From Neodothiora populina (lineage: Eukaryota), in the NCBI RefSeq assembly GCF_041146345.1, contig NW_027191414.1, positions 248,001 through 312,000 on the forward strand: 64,000 nucleotides of DNA. The letters run 5' to 3'. Each line of letters opens with the position of its first letter. The first letter of the stretch is position 1. Shown here one piece after another: positions 1 to 11,074 of this stretch. The notes below the pieces were generated by a model, which was not told the DNA's origin, made no database searches, and was given only the letters and a program-made list of their open reading frames with translations. The position numbers and the translations under genes were made by a program.

Positions 1-107
1 ATGTGATACTCCTTCCGCATCTCTATCCAGCGAACTGACACCGCCGAAGTCATCTCCCACCTCATAAGCGACACAAGCGCTTCGTCAACAAAGCAAAAAC
101 ACAAAAA

Positions 108-471
108 ATGGCCATCGGCAACGACAAGAAGTCCGGCGTCCAAGGCGGCGTGACAGCCGTCACATCCACAGTCGGCAATGGCGTCGGCGGCCTGCTGGGC
201 ACAGTCGGCGGAGTCGTTGGTGCAGCTGGCCGAGGCAGTAAGTTGCTCTTCTCCCTGCATCCCCTCTGTTCCCGACTTCTGTATCCTCAGTGTTCATGAG
301 TAGGTACTGATAAGCAAAATAACAGTCGGCAACACCGTCACAGGCGTGACTGGCGAATACGGAAAGCCGGTCGGGAACGCGCTGACGAGTCTGACGGACG
401 GGATTGAGAACGGCACGAACAGTGTTGCTAAAGGCGTCGAGGATGCTGGCAAGGGCAAGAAGACCCGGTAG
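108..471 (+). CDS. Small Gly/Thr/Val-rich hypothetical protein (~91 aa, 2 exons)
   Basis: ATG after the A-rich context CACAAAAA. Exon 108-237, intron 238-325 (GTAAGT..ACTGAT..AACAG), exon 326-471 continues in frame (IGNTVTGVTGEYGKPVGNALTSLTDGIENGTNSVAKGVEDAGKGKKTR*). Confidence 0.75.
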
Positions 472-949
472 ATTCCGGATATGTCTTTCTTCTTTTCTCT
501 CTTCCGGTAGCGAGCTGCGAAGGTGTGGCCTTGAGGACTGTTGAGAATGACTTTCATCATACTCCATGATAGCTATGATTGTCTGTTTGTTTTGAAACGT
601 GGATCTCTCTTTCCACGTTTTCTATTTCTGCTGTACCTGGAATCCTTGCGTAAAGAAGAGGCTCCACGCAGTGGCGCCGTCCGCGCAGGACGAACACTAT
701 ATGTCTACTGTATAAGACCTCTGCGGCGGACTAGGACTAGGTACAGTAAGTCGCGTGCTCGGACCATGCCCGAAGATGACGCCGAGAGGGGCGGCGATTT
801 GACCGGAGTTTACACCAGAAACCAGACCCTCAGCATCTTCCATCAGTGAATTCAGTCACCAATCAACCACTCCCACCTCGCCACATGCCATGAACACACG
901 ACCTCTGGGACAGTCGCGTTCGTGCAAGGATTAGCCAAAGCCCCTCGAC

Positions 950-2341
950 ATGGCTCTGGATGCACAGCGCAATTGGGACACGCAGATGGCCGAGAGCCTC
1001 AGCGCCCTCAAAAATCGCAACAGCGGCGGCGGGATGCCGCTTCGTTCAATCACTGTCTTAGAGCTGCCGAAGAGAAAGCCGAGCAGCGCGTCGGAGAACG
1101 GAGACGATGAGTCCAGTCATGAGGGGGAGCCGCTCTATTTGCCCGACGAGATCTTGCTGCACATCCTGGACTACGTCAGACTCGACACTGTCCAAATCTA
1201 TCAGCCGACGCTGTCTTCGTGCTGCCTCCTCTCGCGCCAGTGGTATGAGGTCGCCGTGCCCCTCCTCTACGAACGCCCCCGAATAGAAGGCAAAGGCTTC
1301 GATCCATTCGTTCGCGCCATATGTCCTTCGATAAACCTCCACGTGCGGCAGAGTCCCCTTGCTCAGCTGGTCAAGGTGCTGGACATGGGCCACCTCGTAC
1401 ATCACGGCAGTAATAGTAAGACAGCAAGACTACTAGGCAGGACAAAGAACTCGTTAGAGGAATTCGTGGCGCCACAGGCTACCTTTGCGATCAATTGCTA
1501 CCCCGCATTGTCGAAATGTGTCAAACTACGCGTCCTCGATCTTTCGCTGGTCAGCGAGTCGACGCCATTGCAAAAGCTATTCAATACTATCAAACTGCTG
1601 CCTGCGCTGGAAACACTCCGTCTGCCGCGCTCTGCAGGATTCGGGAACAACGAGGTAGATCCGGATTCGATAGTCTGGCCGCCCAACCTTCAGCGTCTGT
1701 ACTTGTCCGGCGGCATCGATGCCCATTTCCTCTGCGGTATCGTCAATTTCCCACCTACCTTGAGCGACCTCACCATCGAGCATTGCTCTCAAGCCAAAGG
1801 GCATGCGATTCGCCAACTGCTTGCCACCATGTCTGTTGCCGGAGTACCACTACGCTCTCTGAAGATTGCGAGTATGCCTCGCTTCGGCATCAATGCGCTG
1901 GACGTCGCCCTGGCTTTCTTTCCTGGCCTCGAGCATCTCAGCGTCAGTGTCGACTACATCACGCCTGCGATTCTCAATCCCGAGTTCCAGCTGTATCAAT
2001 CCATCATCGCCAAGCCAGACTTCACCACTCATGCTCTGCGTTCACTGGAAATCACCAATTCTGGCAGTCCGGGAGACCTGGATAAATTCTCGCCTATCGA
2101 TATTGTTATTGCCTTGGAAGAGGGCAGCTTCCCGAACCTACGGATAGTCCGAGTCGCCAAGAGCCTTGAATGGGGCTTGGCTGATACGAGACAAGAGATG
2201 GATGCGCTTGACGAGCAATTACTAGAACTCGAGCTCAAAGACTACCAAGAGCGGCGTGGGATCTACTTGGAAGTGCCCACCGATGAGTGGAAGCAAATCG
2301 ATTGGAGAAAGAATGCAGGTGTTTGGCTGCTGGAAGCTTGA
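950..2341 (+). CDS. F-box protein with LRR/RNI-like repeats
   Basis: 463-aa single ORF. F-box motif LPDEILLHILDYV...CCLLSRQWYEVAVPLLY, followed by LRR-like segments (LRVLDLS, LETLRLP, LQRLYLSG, LRSLKI). Confidence 0.85.
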   Translation: MALDAQRNWDTQMAESLSALKNRNSGGGMPLRSITVLELPKRKPSSASENGDDESSHEGEPLYLPDEILLHILDYVRLDTVQIYQPTLSSCCLLSRQWYEVAVPLLYERPRIEGKGFDPFVRAICPSINLHVRQSPLAQLVKVLDMGHLVHHGSNSKTARLLGRTKNSLEEFVAPQATFAINCYPALSKCVKLRVLDLSLVSESTPLQKLFNTIKLLPALETLRLPRSAGFGNNEVDPDSIVWPPNLQRLYLSGGIDAHFLCGIVNFPPTLSDLTIEHCSQAKGHAIRQLLATMSVAGVPLRSLKIASMPRFGINALDVALAFFPGLEHLSVSVDYITPAILNPEFQLYQSIIAKPDFTTHALRSLEITNSGSPGDLDKFSPIDIVIALEEGSFPNLRIVRVAKSLEWGLADTRQEMDALDEQLLELELKDYQERRGIYLEVPTDEWKQIDWRKNAGVWLLEA

Positions 2342-3101
2342 TCTTGCTGTGCATACGAGCAGGTCTTTACAAAGTCCTGACTCGACATAACGAACTAACG
2401 AAACCCCCCACCCTGTAAATAAAACGAGGAAAACGATGCGAATATTTTGCTCCTCTATCCTATAAATTATCGTACTTGCATCCCAAAAGCCGATCGCGCA
2501 ATCTAGAGCATGTCTTAGCAACGAATTTTGCGCCCAAAAGCGCAGCTGAAGGCACGGATCCCCCGTTTCTCGCCGTAACTCTAGCCGATATCACGCGCTT
2601 GTATCTCATACGAGCCTCACCCCAAGGCTAACCACGAAGAGGTACATTTAGCCCGCGTGGGAAACCACTTCTTGACTCGTCTTTGTTGCAATTGGGATTT
2701 CGCATGTTCTCTGACTAGGCACCATCGGACCGCGTTATAAAACAGCTGTTGATTCAGGAATAGGCACCTACTCCAGTCCATGGCGCACAGCCAGCGACTC
2801 GAGGCATCCGTATAATCTTCCTTCTTTGATATATTGACGTACGATCGACTATTCGGCGACTTGGGCCTCTCTATGCTTCTGAGTCATTTTCCTCTTCAGT
2901 CATGCTTCTTACCATTGTTCTTACTCTGTGCTGCATTCTCATTGTGAATCAGCTCAGTAAGATGTTGACCACCCAGCTTGCCCACTCGGCTACCGTGCCG
3001 TCAGATTCCTTCAAGGTAGATACATTTATTTCCTGTCGCCCCAATTGCTCTCTGCTCTCCCAGTGAATGCGGGGTGTAGTCTGAATGAGCATATACTGAA
3101 C

Positions 3102-3863
3102 ATGGCAAAGTCAACCAGAGTGAAAAATGGCATGAGCATGCCTTCCATACCGTACAAGCCAGGTCAAAGTCTTACCTTTTTCGACCTGCCTGCAGAAATC
3201 AGGCTCGAGATATACAGTCAGGCCGTGCCTAAAGCGCACCCGTATATCATTGGACGAGACTACGGGCATGAGACAGCGCAGATTAGATTTCCAGCGATAC
3301 TGCAAACGAGCCGACAATTACGAGCCGAGGCAGCGCCTGTGTTCTACGGAGCCAACACCTTCATCGTAGACATCCACGAGCTACGGGACCTCAAGGCCTT
3401 TCTCAAATGGCTGCGCGTGCTAGACGACGACATAACGCGATGCATCCAGGACCTGCGGATGACAGTGGCTGGCGCCCTGCTCGTCGATGTCGTCTGGAAG
3501 GCCGGACGGCGAAGGTGTGTACCGTCTTCGATTCCGTGGATCTCTTTGTTCTCGCGCTGCCGCTGCATTACCGATATGCCTCTGATCTCGTGCAGACATG
3601 ACCGTGTCGTGGCGACCAGGCCCCGACTGGACAACAGTCTCAAGTGGGACCGAAAGAATATCTTGCATTACGTCCAGGACTTCGAGGTCGCCAAGCCGCG
3701 CATCGAGTCGTTGCTGAGTGGCGTCAAGTTGGGCTCTGGTGGCGCTGACAGCTTGAAGGTCGAACATCTCGTGAACATGGTCCAGGTCATCTTCAGAGTC
3801 GAGCGTCTTGACGAGGTTGGTCGTAGGATTTTCAATTCGCTGAAGGTCAAGCATCAACGTTGA
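3102..3863 (+). CDS. Fungal F-box-like (2EXR-like) domain protein
   Basis: Motifs FFDLPAEIRLEIY and PAILQTSRQLRAEAAPVFYGANTF are typical of this fungal family. First ATG is at 3102. Probable in-frame intron 3515-3595 (GTGTGT..CTGAT..GCAG). Confidence 0.7.
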   Translation: MAKSTRVKNGMSMPSIPYKPGQSLTFFDLPAEIRLEIYSQAVPKAHPYIIGRDYGHETAQIRFPAILQTSRQLRAEAAPVFYGANTFIVDIHELRDLKAFLKWLRVLDDDITRCIQDLRMTVAGALLVDVVWKAGRRRCVPSSIPWISLFSRCRCITDMPLISCRHDRVVATRPRLDNSLKWDRKNILHYVQDFEVAKPRIESLLSGVKLGSGGADSLKVEHLVNMVQVIFRVERLDEVGRRIFNSLKVKHQR

Positions 3864-4334
3864 ATGGCTCATGCACAAACTGGACGAGAAGCAAAAATGA
3901 ACTCAGTGTTGTTCTTTGCACACGACTGTCCGCCTGGAAAAGCACGAAATCCGGCCTTTCACCAAATAACCCTGGCTCTCAACCTGGCGCTTAATAAAGG
4001 CTTCGCGTCGGAACCGTGCTACCTTGGTATTTTACCATTTCACGGGCTGCCTAAGCGCGTCACGCAGCCATCATGATGTCCTATTAACGACCGCCAAAAA
4101 CCATCATACCTGCATGAAGCAGAAATTACCAAGTGACGCTCATCAACGATTTCTTCTATCCACGATCAGAAGATAGAGCTGTATTTCCCACGACATCCTT
4201 TACGCTTCCATAATCTCGACGTCTGTCAGTGACATGCAGATGGCGCCGAAAGTCCGGCTCTGACAGTACGAGTGGTTGGATCACGCGATCGCCCTCTCCA
4301 AGTCCAATGATGTCCATTTATTAGCGAGTGAACA

Positions 4335-5573
4335 GGTCCTCTATTACATAACGACCTAAAAGGTCCTCGGCCCCATAACGAACAAAAGCCCACCATCCAT
4401 GATGATTTGACAACTCCTCTATTCCATGATGTTTGCACAGAAATAATCATCCACTATGATGACTTAAGAGGCCGTCGATTCGGTAACGACCAAGAAGGTC
4501 ATCCACTCCACAGCAACTTAGAACTTCTACCATTCTATGACGCCTGCCTGAGAAGGAGTACCAGCTCGAGGCGTGCAAAAGCCACCAAAACAACGATAAA
4601 GCGAAAGAACAGGGCCCCTGCCACTCTCAAACCCCCCCAGCCAACCTCCAAATCGAACTCGAAAGACTAGAACTCGTCCGTTCTAGCCCTTTGTTTCTTT
4701 CCTTACTCTGCTAGCACATGGATCAAGAAATGGAGAAGGACGAGAATAACTTTCCTCTATTCTCCTCTGGACGCCCTGCTGTCGAACGAAGAGGCGGAAG
4801 GAGAGGCGAAAGAAGAGCGAGCAATCAAGTCAGCAAGTCAGCAAGCAAATACACGCGTGACGTTGCTCTTTGCTGTACTGGGTGACTTTCGATCAAGAGT
4901 CGTGAATCGCGAGATCGAATACGAGGCAAGAATAACGACAACAAGGAAATCCAAGAGGAAATCAGAGTAAAGGAAAAAGGGAAAAGGAAAAAGGACAAGG
5001 ACAAGTGATAGGAAAGATCAAAGGGAAAAGAAAGGAAAGGAAAGAAACCCGGAAAGATGAACAAGACCAAGGTCTCCAGAGGATCAGATAATAGCACTAC
5101 ACCTCCCCCTCTACTTAACGACCTACTATATGCAAGGGAATGCAATACATGAAACCCACTGTGTCCTCTTGACCAAATGACAAGTCTTCGCTCTATGCTC
5201 TTACTGGTAGCTAGGAACAATGCACATTCTCCCGACCTCAGCCTCACTCATGTACAGTAACATCTACGCGGAAGAATTGACAGAGCAGGGGAAACGGCAG
5301 CGGGCTGGTACACCAAACATTCCAAGACGGCGGACAAACAGTGCTTGTGAATTGAAAGAAAAAAAAATACACCATCTCTCTCTTGCGGATTTACCCTTTC
5401 CTTCCTTAATATACCTAGCTCTACACAAAAGTCCGATTTCCCATCCATCAGCACTCCGCTTTCCCTTCCTCTAACCCCGAATTAGGCCTGCTCACATCCC
5501 GGATTACAGGGAAAGTGAGTAGGAGGAAAATATGAGAATTTCAGAACAAAAAAATTGGAGGTTCAATGAATGA
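4335..5573 (+). pseudogene. Candidate decayed ORF with imperfect 9-aa repeats and a charged region
   Basis: One + frame (shared by track ORFs 4407 and 5220) runs ~410 codons with about eight stops by manual reading. A ~27-bp periodic repeat lies at 4335-4545. Confidence 0.35.
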
Positions 5574-6405
5574 CCAACCCTTTGTGACAAGGACGTCCCA
5601 AAAAATAAAAGGAAACATAATTAACGACAAGTAGTCCCGATGTAGCTCTTATCCAAAGGGCCGTGGCGACATTCCTTTTTCCGCCTCGCTTCTTTTCCTT
5701 CCTACTAAAGCTCCAGCCTGCGCGACCTTTTCCTCCGCCCTTTTGCCAAAACCATTCTTTCCATTACTGCCTCGAAAACCTGTTCCGTAACATAAAGAGA
5801 GAATGACAAAGGAAAACAAATATGATAAAAGAAAGGATGTAGTTCTGGTAACAGAGGACGAGGCTAGCTCGCTCTTTTGGTAACAGTTGGAGAGACTGCT
5901 CACGTCGACTGAGCCTGGTCTGGATTCCTGACTGTTCATGCTTCGTATCATTGACCTCACGCGACCGAGTGGTGAGTCGTGGAGCCGCAAAGGCCTGCTG
6001 CGGCGTCAAACTAAGGCCATGCTGATATGCGTCACCCTATAATGGTGACCTGACCCTGGGCGACGCAATGGGTGAGGCTATCGGCTGCTAAGCTGTACTT
6101 CAGAATCCGCGTACAACAGGATGCTGAGTTCATACATGATCCTGTAGACGCGGCTCCGAATCACCCAGGCTAATGCATCGTACCATCCCGATAGTGGCCA
6201 TTGATGCAGCAGACATGACCGAGGGGCGTTGAAGTGGACCCAGCAGCAAAGTCTACAGGTCGCTATCAGTAAGGCTGTCGTGGCTAATGCTCAGATGGCC
6301 GAGTCTGGTGGAATATGCTGGTAGGAAACTAAGCATAGACGCAGTGAGCTCTGGTAGAGCTCGACGTATGTATGTATGTGCAAGAAGCAAATAGATTGAT
6401 GCACT

Positions 6406-8721
6406 TCACCTGTGTACGACATCCATCTTGTCCAAGCCAGCCATTGCCAGTGCTCCAAGCACAAGAACGGTAAGCGTCGGGCCCCAGTACCATGCATACG
6501 CTCTGAAAGCAGCACTCTGCTCATCTGCGCTGTATTCTGCCCTTTTAGCAACAGCAAGTAGGTTGCCATTGTCACTCTGGCCGTCTCCGGTTGTCAAGGC
6601 GCTTGAGGAATGACTGGAGAGTAGCTGACGAAGCGCAGCCACGTGCTCGTCTGTGAGCATATCGCTACCATGCACACCAGCTTTTTGTAGCAGCGCAGTA
6701 ACGCTGAAGCTTTCCTTAGAGGGCTGGATCGCATGGCCGTTTGTTGTTGATTCATGCTGCTCGCTTTCACTACTCTCATCGTGACGGCAGGACCGGGATC
6801 TCGAGCGTCTGCGGTCAGCTTCAGCATTATCTTTCCGCTTTTGTTCGATCATCTCGGCGAGTGTCTGACGAGCTTCATCACGTTCTGACTCCGCGATCTC
6901 GGCGCGGCGATGATATGCCTCCATATGTTGCTTCATCTCGTCCATAGTGGCCCGCAGACGATCAAGTTGGGCCTGCAGATCCGGACTTCGGTCGTCGGCT
7001 TCGCCAGTTGTTGATGCCGCAACAACAGCGCTAGCAGTTCCAGGTATGGGAATGGGTCCAGAAGCTGATGTTTCTGCTTCCTCAGGTTGAGAAGTGGTCT
7101 CCAATCGCTGAGCTCTTTCTTCGGCGCTTTCTCGAGCAGTACGCTCTAGCTTGAGCTCGTTCTCCAGAATCTTTACACGATCCTCGAGACTTGGTATCTG
7201 ATCCTTGGCAAGCTTCAATTCCTGAGTAAGAATAAGCAGCGCCTGAGAATGATCTGGGCGGGTTAGAGATGCATTTGATGACATGGGTGAGCGCGCTACA
7301 TCAGCACGCAATAGCAATGGCTGGATAACAGGATCGGCCAGAGCTTTCGCTACGTCGGGTTTCTCCGGAAGAGGTTGTTGCGGGGGAGGTGCAGGTGGTT
7401 CGGAGAAATGGGACTTTAAGTCGGACTTTGACTTGACGGGTGAAGGTCTCATGGGCTTTTCTCCTCGAGATTCTTTTTCTAGCTGCTTGTTGTCGCCATT
7501 GAGCAGAGACTCGAGACATTGCTTGCTCCTAGCAAGATCTTGCGACTGAATCTTGGCCAGGTTGAGTTCGCGCTGAGAGCAATTAGTAGACATCCCAAGT
7601 TTGTCAGCTTCATCAGAGATAATTACATTAAGTCTCTTGACGATGGTTTCCGTGGTGATTGGGGGGTACAATGGCCTGGTCTGCTGGTATTGAGAGAGAC
7701 CATTAATCTCTCTGCCTTGCATGACAGCAGTAAGGGCATTACCCTTTCCCGGCGGCAAATACATGCCATTCGCATTACGCTTGAAGCTGTTCGGGACAAC
7801 CAAAGGCTCAGATTCGTTCGGGGGCATATCGGAGCTAGGGGCGTAAATGCCAGCGTGCTCCACGCGAGCAGCAACTTTATGATGCACAACAGTCTTCTGG
7901 TCTTCACTGACAATATCAATGCCGAGTTCTAGCACATCTTGCTCCTGCAAAGGGTGGGGCTCTGACTCCTTGTTCTCTGGAGACAGTCGCTGTCCGTTGA
8001 CAAAAGTGCCGTTGGACGACTTTACATCTCTGATGAACACTCTTCCGCTGCTACGTTCCGCATATATTTCAGCATGCTGCCTAGAGAGCACCTTGGAATC
8101 GAAGAATGCATTTGAAGGCGTAGGTGCAGTCTTCTGGTTGGTCTGCCGACCGATACGTAGAACGTCCGGAAAGAAGGGTACGGTGATGGTTTTCCGCTCA
8201 AACGTTCCGTTCATGGGCAGCAAATGAAGAATTGCCGTGGGCTCATGCACACCATTGACGTTCCGCAAGGTGCCATTCTGCTGTGCCTGACCGTTGGTCA
8301 TCTGTTGGGATGGTAGCATCGGGGCTTGCAGCGCAGAGACAGCCGAGGCAGCTGAAGGGCCCGAAGATGCAGAAGACACGACCTGGGGGCGTGCAGTTGA
8401 CAGACCTGCGGTAGGCTCGGCCTTTGGTGTTGGTTGCACGAAGATCTGCCTTCCCTTCTTGCGATTCGTGAAGCCAGTGACGTCCGGGATTGCGGTTCCG
8501 TTGGTCTGGACCGAAGCTGCAGATAAGGCTGAAGAAGCCGAGGAAGCAGAGTTCAGCGAAGAGGTTGAGTTTGCCCGCTGGGCAGTTTTTCGAGGTGGTG
8601 GATTCTGCATGTTCAGAGCACGCGTCAATTCCTCATGAGACAGAGAGTTCAAGCTGCCGTTGCTACTCCATCCCGTCCTTGATGGTGCCTGAAATGTAAG
8701 AGGAGGAGCGACTGCCGTCAT
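6406..8721 (-). CDS. VPS64: Vps64/Far9-like (SLMAP-type) FHA, coiled-coil, tail-anchored STRIPAK/FAR subunit
   Basis: FHA motifs IGRQTN, FDSKVLSRQHAEI, DVKSSNGTFVNG and LELGIDI, then long coiled coils and a C-terminal TM segment (WYWGPTLTVLVLGALAMAGL). Probable 54-nt intron 7573-7626. Confidence 0.9.
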   Translation of the reverse strand: MTAVAPPLTFQAPSRTGWSSNGSLNSLSHEELTRALNMQNPPPRKTAQRANSTSSLNSASSASSALSAASVQTNGTAIPDVTGFTNRKKGRQIFVQPTPKAEPTAGLSTARPQVVSSASSGPSAASAVSALQAPMLPSQQMTNGQAQQNGTLRNVNGVHEPTAILHLLPMNGTFERKTITVPFFPDVLRIGRQTNQKTAPTPSNAFFDSKVLSRQHAEIYAERSSGRVFIRDVKSSNGTFVNGQRLSPENKESEPHPLQEQDVLELGIDIVSEDQKTVVHHKVAARVEHAGIYAPSSDMPPNESEPLVVPNSFKRNANGMYLPPGKGNALTAVMQGREINGLSQYQQTRPLYPPITTETIVKRLNVIISDEADKLGMSTNCSQRELNLAKIQSQDLARSKQCLESLLNGDNKQLEKESRGEKPMRPSPVKSKSDLKSHFSEPPAPPPQQPLPEKPDVAKALADPVIQPLLLRADVARSPMSSNASLTRPDHSQALLILTQELKLAKDQIPSLEDRVKILENELKLERTARESAEERAQRLETTSQPEEAETSASGPIPIPGTASAVVAASTTGEADDRSPDLQAQLDRLRATMDEMKQHMEAYHRRAEIAESERDEARQTLAEMIEQKRKDNAEADRRRSRSRSCRHDESSESEQHESTTNGHAIQPSKESFSVTALLQKAGVHGSDMLTDEHVAALRQLLSSHSSSALTTGDGQSDNGNLLAVAKRAEYSADEQSAAFRAYAWYWGPTLTVLVLGALAMAGLDKMDVVHR

Positions 8722-9891
8722 TGGAAGGAGCGACTGATCGTGTCGTCAATCGGGATGATATCCCGATCCAGGACGCTCAAGGACAGCACGAGGGTGGATG
8801 CCACAGTCGCAGACAAGCCGGCCGGACGATCAGTCATACAAGAGTACAGCGGTTGTGTTGTATGTTCTGTCGGATATTATGCTATTTTCTTCGATGCCTG
8901 GAGCTGATCTTTGGCGGACAGGACGAGCAGTGTCGAGTGTTTCCAGAGAGTCTTTGTTAGAAATTACTGGGCGAACTGCGGCGGTCGTGTGCTGTTCAAT
9001 CCCTTGTTGTCTATTCCTGATTCGTCCACTGGATCCAAGTGCGGCAGGTGCTGATGACAAGAAAGCCTCTATTAGTGCAAGAACTCCCTGTGAAGCGTGG
9101 CAGGTGCGGTCGAGGTGGGTTTTTGCGGAATAATTACAATAGTTGTAGGATGACAGCAACAGCGTCACGGTTGCTCTTGCTCTCTCGAGATCAAGCCCCG
9201 TTCCAGGGAGACTCGCGACTTGAGGTCCAAACGACGAGGCGCGTGCACAGACGCTTTGACTCGCCGGCCGCGGTTGCTGACAAGCGTCCGCAGGTCTGCA
9301 ATGTAAGGATATGAGCAGAGGAGAAGTGCCACCTGCAGCGTCGTCTACATGAAAACTGATGTGCAAGTCTGGTACGATTTCAAGTACACAGATGGACTGT
9401 GAGCGGAAGTGGGGTTTCTGAGCGCACAACAAACATCATCTGCAGTGTCACGGACCTGGAGACTCTTGGACTCTTGACTGTGCTACAGTGACTTGCCGTG
9501 TTTGTATTCAAGCCCACAAGAAAGTGGAGAGCAAACATCAAGGTTCGATTCAGCCGAATTCACGTGATTCAGTGCGAACCGCGTGAGATCGCCCGCAGGC
9601 ATTGGCCGTCTACGGGCATAAGGTGACGAAAGCCGAGCTCCGCAAATACTGTAGGTAATATCTCTGTATGACCAGGCCCTAGAGTAGGCTGGCTCGGTAG
9701 GTGGGCTACTTTACTGTAGCTGTGCGGGCGGTCACGTCCAGCCTGTCTTCGACAAGTGGAGTGAGCTATTCTACTTGTATATTGATTTCTCTAAGCCATT
9801 TCCGTTTCACGCCACCATCCGGCAAATAAGAGCATCTCTCTCATTGTCAACTCCAACTCATATTTTCTTTATAGAGCTTACCCTCGTCAAA

Positions 9892-10418
9892 ATGCCTATT
9901 CCAGCTGGCGCGGTTCCTCAAGGCGCACATGGGCCTTCGACCTTTGATAAACGTACTTGCTTTGTCTAGTGCTATCTTTTTGCAACGCGCCAAATACTAA
10001 TGATGAGCAGTTAAGATGGGTGCCATGATGGGAGGCAGTACGTCATGATCCCCGAACATACATATCTTATCCTAGACTCACTCTCCATCCAAGGTGTCGG
10101 TCTCATCATCGGATTTATCTTTGGCGCAACCAACATCATCAGGTTCGGCGCTGGTCCAAATGGTCCGCTCAGGACGCTCGGCCAGTACATGATGGGCTCG
10201 GCTGCGACTTTCGGGTAAGACTATGGCTGTGTGAAGCAGAATCCAGCTCCAACTGATTCTTCATCATCAGTTTCTTCATGGGTATCGGCACGACCATCCG
10301 AAGCGAGAGCTCACCGATGGCTACCGAGGCTTGGGCCAAGGCATACGCACAGAACCGACCTGTGATCCTGCCTCGCCACTTCCCCAGGAACATTCAGAAC
10401 CCAGTCAACAGCTCATGA
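9892..10418 (+). CDS. MGR2: Mgr2/Romo1 mitochondrial TIM23 subunit (4 exons)
   Basis: Spliced reading MPIPAGAVPQGAHGPSTFDK/LKMGAMMGG/VGLIIGFIFGATNIIRFGAGPNGPLRTLGQYMMGSAATFG/FFMGIGTTIRS..., which is the Romo1/Mgr2 signature. Three GT-AG introns. Confidence 0.9.
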
Positions 10419-11074
10419 GCGGTTCTTTAGTCCGCGGATTGCATGTAACATTAGCCGCCAACGCAGCGCCTAAGGCTGTGCGAGGGCTGGATGTAGGATA
10501 AAGAGGGAATTTGGGCGCAGCAGTGGAGTTGCGTGCTGCAGAGATTTGAGGACTGGAGTGTCGAGACATCAAGAGGAATGAAAAGCAAGAGCAGGAACAT
10601 AGTGGGAGAGAGGCGCGTCGGTATGCGCAGAAAATAGTCCTCTCGAGACGGTTCGTTGGGCAGGGCAGTGCCACAAAATCACCTCATATATGATCGGTAG
10701 GCATAATCACTACCATGGTCGTCTCTTTTTATATCTCTTAGCGAGAGTAAATCCTTGTGAATATCATATTCATTCATTCATCCTTACAATATCTTCACAG
10801 AAGTCGCAGTTCACGCGCACAAGTTGGTGCTAACTTTCACACTGTCGAAATCTGACACTTTCCTAAGCAAGAACGTCTTGCACCTTCCCAACACTAGCAA
10901 ACTTGGATCTTGCAATTCTACACACCATCTACCCTTCAAGATTACTTTCCAGCTACATCGATCGAGTGAATCGAGACCTGTAATCATATACTTCATTATC
11001 AACCTAAAGCACTCATCACTCCTATCACATGGGCAGCCCGTCCTATTCTTACTTGTACACTTATCAAACACGCA

